Assembly (NCBI RefSeq): GCF_009914755.1 | Contig: NC_060925.1 | Reading direction: 5' to 3' (one strand) | DNA: 64,000 bases | DNA from: the human T2T-CHM13v2.0 reference genome, Homo sapiens | Part shown: positions 31,183 through 43,566 of the stretch, in pieces | Numbering within the stretch: position 1 is the stretch's first letter | Layout of the letters: each line of letters starts with the position of its first letter | Program-made: the position numbers and the translations under genes | Notes under the pieces: model-generated | What the model saw: only the letters and a program-made list of their open reading frames with translations | Databases searched by the model: none | What the model was told of the DNA's origin: nothing

Positions 31183-31599
31183 CTAGTGAATGCCTGGTGT
31201 GCCACTAAGCAGGGGAGCTCACGGAGGCCCCACCTGCAGACGGACATGCAGCAACCAACGTGCTTGGTGGAAAGGGGGTTACCAGGGAGACGTGGAATAT
31301 TTGCTTATGGATTCCATAATTGCTGATACAGGCCATGTTCTGGCCCTCAGAGAGCTTCCATGAAGGGGTTAAGAAATAATTCCAGGTAGTGATGAGTTCT
31401 AGAACCATAATGAAATGGGATCATGGTGGACTGTTGGGGGTGGGGAACCTGTTTGAAGAGAGCGCTCAGGAAGGGCTTCTCTGACGGAGGTGATTTCAGC
31501 AGCAAGAGCGGCAAGAGGCAAATAGGATGGTGAGGTTGGAGGAGGCTGGGCCTTGTAGGCCTGGTAGGCTGTGGGGAGTGCTTGGATTCTACTTTAAAT

Positions 31600-32162
31600 C
31601 AAGGATTGGCAACCCAGTGAGCCAAATCCGGCCCACCACCTATTTTGTAAATAAAGTTTTATTGGAACATAGCCACACACATTCATTTATATGTTATGTA
31701 AGATAGAAAGAGAGAGGAAAGAAAAAAGAACATATGCTCATTGCCTGGTAGGTAAAGCCCTATTATTATTTTTTAAATAAAAACTTTCCAAACATGAAGA
31801 CAAAACAGGAATTCTGATATTTAGGGTTTGGCAGAGTGTGCTTTCATACGACAGCATCTGAGTTAAGTTGTTGCAGCAGAGACTGTTTGAGACCATACAT
31901 CAAGTTAAAGGCTAAAATATTTACTATTGTAGGTTTACTAGGTAAAATACGTGATGCCTAGTTAGACTTGAGTTTCAGATAAATTACAAATAATGTCTTA
32001 GTATTTAAGTATGTTTCATATTGCATGGGGCATACTTACACTACAATATTATTTATTATTGATCTGACATTCACATGTAACTGGGCATCCTGTAGTTTTA
32101 TTTGCTGAATTTGGCAACCCTTACTGTCTATCCCTTTACAGAAAATGCTTGCCAGCCACTGC
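31600..32162 (-). mobile_element. MER58A, interrupted by a templated insert (31699-31837) and by MER53
   Basis: gccaaatccggcccacc...aataaagttttattggaaca...; resumes tgctttc...gagactgt...ctaaaatatttacta; ends ccctttacagaaaatgcttgccagccactg. Confidence 0.75.
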
Positions 32163-32635
32163 TCTAAGTGAATAGGAAGTTCCTGGGGAGTTTTAAATGG
32201 AGAGTTTTAAATGGGGGAGTTGTATCTGATTTTCTATTTGAAAAAGAGGACCTTGGCTGCTATTTTGAGAAATGGCTGGTGGGGGGACAATTTTCTGAGA
32301 GTAGTAATGGAGGGAGCCCCCTCCCACTGAGGGGAGACGATGGGCTTGTGGGGGCTTGAAGAGGTGAGTAAGTGGCTGGGACCACAGAAGGGTTGACTGT
32401 TAGGATCTTTCTGCTTCTATGGGATTAGAACCTTGGGGAGGCTGCCAGAGCTGAGGAATGGGGGGCAGGGGGGCTTTGTAAAGATTCAGGGGGTGAGGAG
32501 CAGGGGGAGAAAACCAGCCCAGGGACTCTGGCAAACCCTAAATACCAGAATTCCGGGTTTGTCTTGACGTTTGTAAGGTTTTTATTTAAAAGAAAAAATA
32601 AGGCTTTTCCTGCCAGGCAGTGAGCATCTTTTCCC

Positions 32636-32650
<15 letters not shown>
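31699..32650. repeat. Local inverted duplication, arms ~31699-31837 and ~32525-32650
   Basis: gctcattgcctggtaggtaaagcc...ggaattctgatatttagggtttggcagagt is the reverse complement of actctggcaaaccctaaataccagaattcc...ggcttttcctgccaggcagtgagc. Confidence 0.9.
31935..32121. mobile_element. MER53 (hAT) element
   Basis: aaaatac...gagtttcagataaa...gcatacttacacta...atctgacattca...aactgggcatcctgta...tttgctgaatttggcaaccct. Confidence 0.75.
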
Positions 32651-32667
<17 letters not shown>

Positions 32668-32750
32668 CCTTCCTTTCCTTTTTCCTTCGTTCTGGCGTCT
32701 TTTTTCTTGTCTGTCTTATCTTTCTGGTCTGTCTTTTCCAGTCTTCCTCC
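32630..32750. repeat. CT-rich low-complexity tract
   Basis: (CTTT/CCTT)n-like run. Confidence 0.85.
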
Positions 32751-33153
32751 ACTGTTTGGAGACAGTGGTGAATACGCAACACTTGTTTCTTTTCTAATCT
32801 GTTCTTCCTTCTAAAGAGGCGGTTCAGGCTGCACATGTGACCCGTGGCCATGTTGCTCCTGCAGCCAGTGTCCCAGAACCATTTCTTGCAGCCACAGAGC
32901 TCTTCTCACCTCTTCACCGAAGTGGTCTTCTGAACAGCCACGACCAGACAAGCTCCTGAGGGCAAACCCAGCTCCCCTTCTAATCCTCCAGAGCTGCTGC
33001 ATTATCCTCACTGCATAAGCTCCAGGGGCCCTGGGCGCAGCATCCTGGGGCAGCCCGAGAGTCCCCCCGAGGATGGGGCTCTGTGCTGACTTCAGCTTTG
33101 ACTGCTGAGCAGGCTGGGGGGAAATGCACTGAGTGAATTCTCCCTCGTTGCAG

Positions 33154-33906
33154 ATCCTGTTTGAGTTGCTGCATGTCCCATCGGTCCTCCTGGCCGACCA
33201 GCTGCAGATGTCCCTGTATGCCTCTGGCCTCCTGACCGGAGTGGTGGTTGATTCTGGCTATGGCCTGACCCGCGTGCAGCCTTTCCACCAGGGCCGCCCC
33301 TTGCCCGCCAGCGGCAAGACGCTGGAGTTCGCCGGCCAGGATCTCTCCGCCTATCTCCTCAAGAGTCTCTTTAAGGAAGATTGCGATAGACGCTGCCTGT
33401 TTCAGCTGGAGACAGTCGCCGTGACTCAGATGAACAAGTGCTACGTGCCGCAGAATCTGGGGGAGGCCCTGGACTTTCGTGAGAGGCAGCAGAGTGCCTT
33501 GGATGAGAGCAACACCTATCAGCTCCCAGACGGCTCCCGCGTGGAGCTGACCCCCATGCAGCGGGTGGCTCCTGAGATGTTCTTTAGCCCGCAGGTGTTC
33601 GAGCAGCCGGGGCCCAGCATCCCACGGGCCATTGTGGAATCCGTGGAGTCCTGCGAGATCTCCCTGCGCCCCCTGCTGGTCTCCCACGTGATGGCCTGCG
33701 GGGGCAACACCCTCTATCCCGGGTTCACAAAGCGCCTGTTCAGGGAGCTGATGGGGGATCACGTCTCCTCCACCAAGGCCACAGTCTGGGAGGGTTCCAA
33801 TAGAAACTTTAGTGTCTGGCTAGGAGCGTCCGTGGTGGCTCACCTTTCTACCTACCAGTCTGAGTGGATGTCCCGAGAGGAGTATGGTGAGCATATGAGG
33901 ATGTGA
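33154..33906 (+). CDS. ACTL8: ACTL8 last coding exon (aa 117-366 + TGA)
   Basis: Acceptor tccctcgttgcag|ATC at 33153/33154; ILFELLHVP...SLYASGLLTGVVVDSGYG...YQLPDG...GGNTLYPGF...FSVWLGASVVA...WMSREEY matches the actin C-terminal half; 116+250=366 aa, the ACTL8 length I recall. Confidence 0.97.
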   Translation: MLFELLHVPSVLLADQLQMSLYASGLLTGVVVDSGYGLTRVQPFHQGRPLPASGKTLEFAGQDLSAYLLKSLFKEDCDRRCLFQLETVAVTQMNKCYVPQNLGEALDFRERQQSALDESNTYQLPDGSRVELTPMQRVAPEMFFSPQVFEQPGPSIPRAIVESVESCEISLRPLLVSHVMACGGNTLYPGFTKRLFRELMGDHVSSTKATVWEGSNRNFSVWLGASVVAHLSTYQSEWMSREEYGEHMRM

Positions 33907-34450
33907 CCCTACTGGCTCACTCCTGAGAATGGGCTCCTGTTAGATGGGCACGGGCGGATTAATTTTAGCAAAATGTTCTGGGTGGGGGTAGAATGAGGTG
34001 GGGTGGGGTGAGCTGGCTTTGGAATTCTAGGGGCATGAGGGTATTTTTTAGGTTCTAAGGTTTTATCTTGTTGCAAGAGTGGGACCTACCCAAGGGGGAA
34101 GACAAGATGTCATCCTTGGAAACCCTGCAGGGGACAGTTTTTCCAGGGTGGCCTATCATTGGGGTATGAGTGGCTGACTGCCATCTCCATGCCTGAGAGC
34201 CACTGATTTTTCATTGGCATTTCCCCTGGTTTGTCTCATTCTTCTTGGTTGAGTAGGTTTTAACTGGGGTAGCACTCCTGCTAGGAGTCCCAATTATTTT
34301 TGACTAGGGGATGGGGGACAGTTGACATTTCTGGTCCTACAGGCCCTTTCTGGCCAGGGAGGCATTGCTGCAGGTGAGCCTGGGATGCCCTTGCCACCCG
34401 TGGTTGGATCTTGTTTTATATCTGCAAATAAATAGCTTGTTTGGAAGCAA
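33907..34450 (+). other. ACTL8: ACTL8 3' UTR (3' end approximate)
   Basis: Non-repetitive sequence between the stop codon and the first canonical AATAAA; cleavage site inferred ~15-25 nt downstream. Confidence 0.8.
34427..34432 (+). terminator. ACTL8: Polyadenylation signal AATAAA of ACTL8
   Basis: tctgcaAATAAAtagcttg, about 520 nt after the stop codon. Confidence 0.8.
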
Positions 34451-34959
34451 TGCTGGCTCCTGTGATGGATGGGGGTAGGGTGCGCAGCCCCTTGGGGAGA
34501 CTTAGGGAGTGTAAGTGTGAGAGAGCCAGGTGGGGGCCAGGGCGGGCTCTGAGGTGTCTGGGGCCTATGAACAGTGGCTGCCACTGAGCAGAATAGGCAA
34601 GGGTCTGGACCCCGTGTTCTTTCACTGCCACATTCTATCCATCCATCCCAGGTGTCCCAATATTCTGTTTAAAGTTTCCCTTCTTATTCGTATTTGTTTG
34701 GTATATATCTGATGCATATTCAAGTACCTAGCATGTTTTAGGAGCTGTGCTGGACCTTGGGGACTTGAGAAAGATGTACAAGGTTTCTGGTTTCAAGCTT
34801 ACAGCCTCCTGTGGGATCTATTGTAGACAGTATATAAGTAAACATATTTCTGATGATGAAGAATGAAATGAATCAAATGTGACACGGTCATGTGATCTGG
34901 AGGTGGAGGGATGGCCACTTTCAATGGAGTGGACTGAGATGAGGTTGCTAGGGACCATC

Positions 34960-35301
34960 AGTAACTGTGTCTTCTCCTTCCACGGCACACTGTGAGGCAA
35001 TGCTCCCAAGTCTCCAGCAGTTATATAGGGCCAGGTGGCTGAGTTCTGGCTCAGTTGGCATGCACCTGACCTTAAAAATACTCCTTCACAGCCTGTGGGA
35101 TGGGTCAATGGGGAGGACGTGTAAGCCCTAGGGGATGGATGGCAAATGCTGCAGATGGAAGGAGCCTGAGTGCCTAGGTGGAGCAGAAACCCCTGCCCAA
35201 CCCCACCAACACTAGCCTGTGGCATGAGGAATCTATGTTCAGCCACTGAGAGTGTGGGGATGTTTGTTACAGCAACTGTTTTGCTTACTCTGACTAATAC
35301 A
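34960..35301 (+). mobile_element. Old MLT1 LTR fragment
   Basis: Ends gtttgttacagca...tgactaataca. Confidence 0.55.
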
Positions 35302-37977
35302 GAGAAGGGAGCCACAATATACTATTTATTTAATAAAATGTGTTTTCTGTTAAGTGCCAGAACTGGGGTTTGAACCCAGCCTGGACTCTCAACCACAGTG
35401 TTATCCAGCTGTTTCTGAAAGGGATTCTTGGCTCCTTAATGTTAAGAGCTGGAATAGAGTAACAAGTGTAGTTTGGAAGACTGAAGCTCAAGGAACCCAG
35501 ATATCTCAGGGCAAGTAGAGGAATTTGGAGGGCAGAGTCCAACTCACCTTGTCTTTGAACACATGAGCCATATTCTCATGTGTTTGCTCCCACACTTGAA
35601 GCATCAGCAGTCCCCAGGGAAAAGAGTGGGGGCCTGGAATAACAATTCTTAGGTAGACCAACTCAGAACCAGCCTGGTGCAAGCCCCAGACTTGGTGTCA
35701 GATTGAGTTTCAGGCTGGCCCTATCATGAGCTGAGCTGCCTTGGGCAAGTTATTTAACCTCTTTGAGTCTATCAAGTATAAAATAGGAAGTAATAACCAC
35801 CTTCTCTCAGAGATTTGGAGTTGAAGATGAACTAAGATAGGGGATGAGAACTCACTTTGAAGCTGTGACGTGCTACTGAGGTAAGAGAAATGACTTTCAA
35901 GCTTTTAAGTTGATGTCACTCGCCTATTAAACATGAGTGTTAATAACAATGGCAGCTACCATCGCTTGCCAGGCGTTGTGGTGAGAGCTTTACAAATGGA
36001 ATCACATTTAATCCTCACGTGCACACTGTGAAATGAGTGACGTTTGTCTCCACTTACAAATAAGAAAACCAAAGATGAGCGATGTTAAACACTTGTTCAA
36101 GTTCACACTCAAGTTCAAGCTAATCATGATTTGTCAGAGTTAGGAATGGATTCAGCATTCCTAGAACACTAGGCTAAAAGTGGCTGAAACAGATTTATTT
36201 GTCTCAGGCAACAAGTAGACACTCCAGGTGAACAGTGTCAAATCTACATCACCAAGGTCTCTCTTTTTCTTTCCATTTCTCCACCTTCAGCATGTAGGCT
36301 TGTTGGATTGTGGTCACAAAACAGCTGTGGCAGCTCCAGGCATCACCCCCTATATTTCCTGCAGGAAAAGGAAGCATGAAGGGAGTGTCTTATCTGGGTC
36401 TGTCACTTGCTATTAGAAAGTTGTCACCTAGCAGATTTCTGTTTGGCTCATTACTTGGAGGTAGCTGAAATAGGTGACACACAGGTTTGAGTGAGCTGAT
36501 TCACAGTGTCTGTTCCTTGGCAGAGGAGGGCTTTGAATCTAGGTCTGTCCATACTAAAGCCTGTGTTATCACCGATAGTGGCAGGCTGCCTTCTCAGCTT
36601 TCTGGGCCTTCTTGGTTCCCTTGGCCTGAGATGCGGATGTGTGATTTTTTCCAGGCTTGTGTGAAAGCTGCTTTCGGATAGCAGTCGAGGTGTGGGCACC
36701 CTGGGCAGAAATCTTTGCATTTGAAACCCCTATATTTGTACACACCTGAGCCTTAAAAGGCAGAAGTGGGGGAAACTTAGAAATGAGGACAAGGAAAAGG
36801 AGGGCCTGGAGAGGAGATGGGCAAGGGGCATTTTCTTTCCTTATTTAGCTCTGGGCAACTGTCATCAGAACCCTTTTCCTCATTTCATTCTGAATGTAAC
36901 ATTTAACCTTTCTGTTCAAGCATCAAATCTGGCTGCCTAGTGTATAATTATGAACTTTTCTTCACTTTCTCTCCCCCCTCCCCCACTCCCAAAGCTTTTA
37001 GAACTCCCTTGTTGGGTACTATCTCTCTCCTCTGACTCTCCAATTAAATTAAAAATAGCAGCTCCATGGGCCGTGTGGGGCCTTCAACCTAATGCGGAAC
37101 TGCTGGCACGCCTGGCCTGGCGGGGTGGTACGTGGTGCCCAGAAGATGCCTGCTGGGCTCCAGCAAGTCCTGGCAGCTGCTCAGAGCTCGAGGAGGCTCA
37201 TCCTCTGTGAGAGGTCTGGGGCTGCCTGCCAGGGGCAGCCAGGTGCAGAGGGGAGGGAGGCAGGGTCTTGGCAGCTGGGTCAGGGGCTGGGTGGGGCTGG
37301 CAGAGGGGACAAAGGGAAAGAGCCCCCAGGCAACCCATCCCCAGTTCTGAGGATACAGTCCTGCCAATTTCTGCTGCCAAGGCTGGGGCTTAGTACCCTT
37401 GCATCTGGGTGTGGGTAGGGTTTGGATGCCTGAGTTCCCCAAGATAACCCTGGCAGAAACTTTAGGTTCTGCTGATGCAGAGAACCAAGTCGACATTGAC
37501 ACTGAGCACCCTCCTGGCTCTAGAGGAGAAGTGTGTGGCCTCTCCCACCTCCAGGGCCCTTTCTTAGACAGATGGTAAAATGGACAAGGGCATGAGCTCT
37601 GAAGCCAGACTTCATGGACTGCAGTCCCCGCTCTGCTGCTTTCTGGCTCTGCTAACCTCCCTATGCCTTACTTTGCCTCTCTGTAAAGTGGGCCCAATAA
37701 AGATGCCTACCTCAGGGTGGCTTAGATGATTGCCATATAGTTTTAGTGAGTTAACATACATAAAACACTAAGCGAACACCAGGCACATGAAGGTTAGCTA
37801 TTATTTCGTACACACCAGCCTCTATTGGCCAAATCCCTAGGCACACACCTGGCTCATTTTATATGTACTTGTTCACAGGCAGATAGATGCTAGTGATACA
37901 ACATGGTTAAAACATAAAGTGCTGGCTTAGTTTCCCCGGGGAAAGGCATTGCAGGGTAATTTCTTTTCTTGTCTGAA

Positions 37978-38361
37978 TGTTGTGGTCTGAATGTTTGTAT
38001 CCCTACAAAATTCATGTTGAAACCTCATCCCCATAGTGGTGGTGGTAAAAAGGTGGGGCCTTTTCGGAAGTAAGTGATTGTCATGAGGGTTCTGTCCTCA
38101 TGAATGGGACTAATTCCCCATAGAAGAGGGCCTTGTGTGCCTGGCCCTCCAGTCTTCCACAATGTGAAAGCACAGCATTCCTCCCTTCTGGAGGATGCAG
38201 CGATAAGGCACGGTCTTGGAATCAGAGAGTGGACCCTCACCAGACACCAGATCTGTGGGTGCCTTGATCTTGACCTCCAGACCTGTGAGCCAAACATTTC
38301 TAATCTTTGTAAATTATGCAGTCTGTGGTATTTTACTATGGCAGCAGGAACAGACTAAGAC
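37978..38361 (+). mobile_element. MaLR LTR (MLT1A/MST-like)
   Basis: tgttgtggtctgaatgtttgt...aaattcatgttgaaac...ccctcaccagacacc...cagactaagaca. Confidence 0.85.
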
Positions 38362-39269
38362 ATGGAGTGATGGGGTAGAATCACATTCTGGACACGGAGG
38401 TATCACAGGTGTCGGAGGGTACATGGCACCAGGGAGAGGTAAACAGCCAGAGGTGTCTTCTTGTAGGAAATGATGCCTGAGGTGGCTCTTGCCAGAGGAA
38501 CAGGACTTTGCAGATGCTGTTCCTTTTGTTTGGAATGCTTTTCCCCACTGCCACCCCCATGGTTGCCTTTGACACCTTGGTATGGGGGGTTAAATAGATG
38601 GAACATTTGAAGTGGCTGGGGAATGAGAGGGAGTAGGGAAGGATGAAGGTGGTTGTTGACAGGCTCAGCTCTTGAAGGACATCAGGGGTCACATCAAGGA
38701 CAGACTTGTAAGCAGAATTATGACATCACTGGAGAACGCAGGGCTCTCTGGGTATAGCTCGGAGAATATAGGGGCTCAGAGAGGGATCAGACAAAGAGTG
38801 ATAACATACACCATAAAATAGATATTTCACTAGACTCTAGGCTAACAATTCTATATCACCTGGGACCTTGTTCCCCTCTGATGTCTTGGGTTGGGAATTT
38901 GGCTTCAGTGATACTTGGGGTCTTGGTGAGTTTGAGGGGCTAACAGATCTTCCCTATCCTCCAGCAGTGGTTGCAATTAGTTATCAATTTTGGAGCTATT
39001 TTAGTGCCTGGGTTATGGCAGGAAAGGCAGCCCAGAGTGAAAGACTTCGGAAGAGTAATCTCAAGGTGGAAAAATGAGATGAATTCACATTGAGGGCAAG
39101 ACCAGCTCTTCGTCAGTTGCGTACATCTGTGCTTGTTCCATTAGCTCTTCCGTTCAGCACTACAAGTCTTGGACAGCTCCCCTGGGCTTCTCACCTCCTC
39201 TCCCCTCTCATTCATGATTTCTGGTTCCAAGAAGCCAGTCCCTACTGAGAAAGCAGGAACCCTGGCGGA

Positions 39270-39570
39270 GAGGACAAACTCTGTTGTCAAAGTCAGGCAG
39301 ATGCAGGCCGGAATCTCTGTTCCTCACTTATAAGCTGTGTTGCTTTGGGCAAAGCACTGCCCGTCTCTGGTTCCATGGCCTCATCTGTAAAGTGGTGATA
39401 ATAATACCTAACTCATAAGGCTGATATGGGAATTAAAGCCATTTATCCATTTAGTGAAATTCAGTAAGCACTTTCTCTGTGTCCTAGGCCCTTTGCTAGG
39501 CTCTGTTAAATTGAAGCATGTTTGTAAAGTGGCTTAGCAGAGCTTGGCACATAGTAGGTGCTCAATAAAG
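39270..39570. mobile_element. MIR, representative of many diverged copies (also ~1460-1720, 3770-3950, 8500-8660, 11200-11390, 14720-14900, 15830-16060, 29560-29720, 35690-36110, 37590-37800, 41410-41640, 57140-57290, 58680-58810)
   Basis: MIR core motifs such as gctgtgtgacctt, cctcagtttc..catctgtaaa and acagatgaggaaactgaggc. Confidence 0.7.
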
Positions 39571-42500
39571 GTAATTTTTCTCCCTGAATCACTGCAAGAA
39601 AAATCCAGGACTAAGGATGCCAGGAGACTCCACGATGATGCACGGGCCCCAGCACACATTCATGCTACTAGGAAAGGTTCCTTTTCATCCTGTCCTTTTG
39701 ATTAACTTTTCCACTAACGTGTTAGGATCTTGATATACAACCATCTTAGGAATCTTCAGAGTTTTAAGAGGCCCTAAAATCAGAGTATGAGAGGTGGGTC
39801 TACTCTTCTTCTGTAATTAATACAGAGTTAATGACACTCGCCCAAATTCAGGCCATTCTCCTGATTACCTAGATCTGTGGTTGTCCCCTCTACAATTACC
39901 TCCCTCCAGGGAGAGGACATTGCTTTCACCTAGGAAGGACAACACTGATGAACTGAAGACACAGATTCATCTTGGCAAGCCTTGCTGAACACCAGGTGGG
40001 GCTGCTGGGGACATGGAGAACAGACCTGACTCCCACTCCTTAGGGTTTGATGGGAGTGGACATACCCCCAGGGAGGTGGGGGGCAGGCCAGAGCCATCTC
40101 CTCTGTAACCCTGTGCTTGTGGGGTCATGATCTTAGCCCAGCTCTTCCAGCCAGCAAATCAGTCTCCTGGAGCGACTGAGAGCCTTGCCATGTTGCTCCC
40201 ACTGGAGACATTCGGCAGGGGGAAGGGGTTGGTCGTAATCCGGGTTTAATTTCTCCAGGGCCTCCATTATGAATTCCATAACTCTACCAGTCAAAACATG
40301 ACTAATTCCTGGGACTGCAACCCCCACCTGGGAGTAGAAAGCTCTGTGCTGTTTTTGCTACCTTTTGTCACCACTAATAAAGGCTTGGCAGTCGGAATTT
40401 AGCTGCTGTGGGTGGTTTTCTTACACATGTGGGCTTTCCCTTCCCCCTACGGGGTCACTGTAGAGTGAATGCTTGCTTGCCTGCTGGGCTGGTTTTCCAC
40501 CAGCTTTGTAATATTCCCAGCCTGAAATGCCATGGTTTTGGGGGCAGTTTGCAGAGAAGGGGCCACGGCATTCAGGGTTAATTGGGCCTTTGATGATTTT
40601 GACAAGGGTAGGATACTGCGTGATTTATGGAGCAAAGAATGGGTTGGTTGAAAGTAAAAGAGCAAAATTGCAGGTGTGATGTTTAACCTGCTGAAGAGAA
40701 CATGATTCAGGACGCATTCCCTCGCCTAGCTGGCGTGATAGTCTTTGGGAGAGTGGGCCGTGCAGACAGTGAAACTGTGCAAATTGTTGTTTCACCCCCA
40801 CCGCCCATCCCCTACCCCTCACTAGCTGCAAAACCCTGAGCAGGTTACTTAGCTTTTCTGAGCCTCAGTTTCCACATCTGCAAAATGGTACAGACTGGCC
40901 ATCAGCCCCAGCTGTGCAGCAGGGTTGTGTGTGGCTGTGTATTTAGCACAGGGCCTGGCCCATCAGGAGGCCATGGAGGTGGCGGAAACAATCTTCCTGT
41001 GGTCGTGTTATTTTATCAAACACCATAGTCATTGCATAGTCATTAGAGATGGTCCCTGAGGGCCTGGCTAAGGTATGAGTTTGTTGTCTCTGCAATAAGC
41101 AAAGACCAACTTGGCTTTCATCTCTCTAAAAGCAGCACCTGGTTCCAACCACCTGGCTCTCTACCTGGAGTTAATGTGGTCTCGCTCCAGGTAGGAAATG
41201 GGGGAGCCTTTGACTTGGGGAGTCAGTGGAACCATCTGTGCATGGGGAGGGAAAGGGGGTACGTGTCGAGGGCTGGCCCTGTCTTGGAAGAGAAGGGTGG
41301 GGATGGTGGAGCCGGGGCCAAGGCGATGAGGAGGTGAAACAAGGTGGATCTGCCTGGTGAGCCCTTGAGAGGGTCCGTTCAGCCAAGAGCCGCTCAGTCT
41401 GGAAGGATAAAGGCTGGAGGAGAAGCCCGAATTTCCACCCTGGCTCTGTCACTGTCTAGCTGTGTGACCTTCGGCTGATTACCTAGCGTCTCTGAGCTCC
41501 AAACCCCTCATCTCTAAAATGAGGATAATCATAGTATCTACCCTATGGCTTATAAAGCATTATCTGAGCTTACCTTAAGCAGAAAGCTTAGCGCGGGGCC
41601 TGGCACTTAGTGAATGTGCAGTGTTGGCTGCTGCTATGATTATCGTGATTGCGATCATGTTTACTCATCTTTTCAGCTGCTTTCATAGGGGGTCCTTGGC
41701 ATGAACAGACACAATTGGTCTGGGGTTATCAGTTGTGGCTGGAGGCTGTGAGTTGGTGACTCTGCTGCAGGGAGCAGCATCTTGCCAGATGTAGATGGAT
41801 GCTCTCATCCTGACACCCCTGAGAGCCTCATGGCACGTCTCAGAGCAGGCTCAGACCAGGCCTCTCCTTTAAGTGCTGGGTAAGAGTTTTAATGTGAAAA
41901 GCTGCCTCTCCTCCAGCTTCTGGAGGACTGGAGTCAAAAAAGAGAATGTCAGTGTCAGGTAAGGACTCCTTTAGGCTAAACTGTTGACCTGGTGGCCATG
42001 ACCTTGAAAGTCAGATTCACCTTGGATAAGCAGGAGTCACAATAAATACTTTCCCTGTTGTCTCTGACTTCAGACTCTCTCCATAAACTGCCACTCTTTA
42101 CCTGCTCCACAGGCCACCGTCTCTCACCTGGGTTCCCGCAAGGAGCTCTTACCAGCCTTTCCTGTCTTCAGCTTTGTCTCTACCCCCATTCCGCAGGGAA
42201 CCTGTGAAAGGCCGTGTCGGGCCATTCAGCCCCTTTGCTTAAAAGCCCTCCCATCTCATGCACAGTAGAAAGCCCAAGTCCCCACTGCATCCTGTAAGGG
42301 CCTGCTCAGTCTGGCTCCTGGTCCACTCTGATCGCCTCTCCTCTCCCTCGCTCAGTCTTCAGGCCCCCCAGGAACTAGACCGGCCTCCCCACTGCTCCCT
42401 GGTCCTGCCAAGTGTGCTCTGCCCAGACCTTTCCCCTTGCTGTTCTTTCTGCCTGCAGCACCTTCCCCAGACAGCTGCTGGTGCATTCTCTTGCTTCTTC

Positions 42501-43566
42501 AAGTCTTTGGTCAAATGCCACTTTACTAGAGAGGACATCCCTGACTGCCCCCATTCCCATTAAAAATTAAAAGCCCCCACAGCTCCTCTCTTCCCTCTTC
42601 CTGATTTATTTGATTTTTTTTTCTAATTTGTCTCTCCATTAGAATGAAGCTCCATGAAGGCAGGAATTTGTTTCATTCACTGCTGTTATCCCCCGTGCCT
42701 AGAACAGTGACAGCACATAGTAGTTGCTCAATAAATGTTTATCAAATGAATTAGTGATGGAATCTTCCTTCCCTGAGGGTGTGTCTATAATCTACACACA
42801 GGATGGGCAGTCAACTCTTCCTTCTCTTCTGAGAACCAAACAAAGGCATGTGGCTCCAGCATCCAGCAGGAGGTATTGAGGTGATCCGCTTGTAAAACTT
42901 TCTGGCATTGAGCTAAAGATTGGTATAGCCTTGTGAGTGCATTGATGGAGATGCCTTTCTAGGAGGTTTGAAAGCCTCTCATCTGCAGGGATGTATATTT
43001 AGTTAGCTGCCTGGTAGAACTTTCTGTCGTGGGAAGGTGGGTCTGATTAGAGTGAAAAAGAAGAAGCCGAGAGAGGTGATAGGATGCAGTCAAAGTTGGT
43101 CACTTAGTAGCAGAATCAAGGTCCAAGTCAGGTCATGTTATTTAACAGTCCTCGCTTCCATTTATCAGGCACCTACTATGGCGTAGGTACTGGAGCTACA
43201 CAGATGAATGGCTCCTACCCTTGAGGGGCTCTCGGTCTAGACCCTTGATCCCACCACCTGATCTTCCCATCCATCCATCATTTAAGGCTCTGTCACCTGT
43301 TCTCCCTCATGCTGCAATGTTCCGGGCACACTCCCCACCTCCTTCCCTGACCATCTTGCTACCTTGGCACTTTTTGCTGGCTTGCCTCTCTCCCTTTCTC
43401 TTCAGTCTGGCTTAAAGCACCATCATCTGGCTAAGGAATCTGGCTCATCATCTAAGCCAGGGAATATTAGCCCCATTTTACAGATGAGCAGACCAAGGCC
43501 TTAGCTTGACTCGAAGACACTATGGCTCAAGACACCATCATCTGGTTCAAGACACCATGGTGTCTT

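Noticed and set aside
32980-33762. 260-aa antisense ORF overlapping the ACTL8 last exon
   Set aside because: Typical antisense shadow of a GC-rich coding exon; no recognisable domain or independent gene signals.
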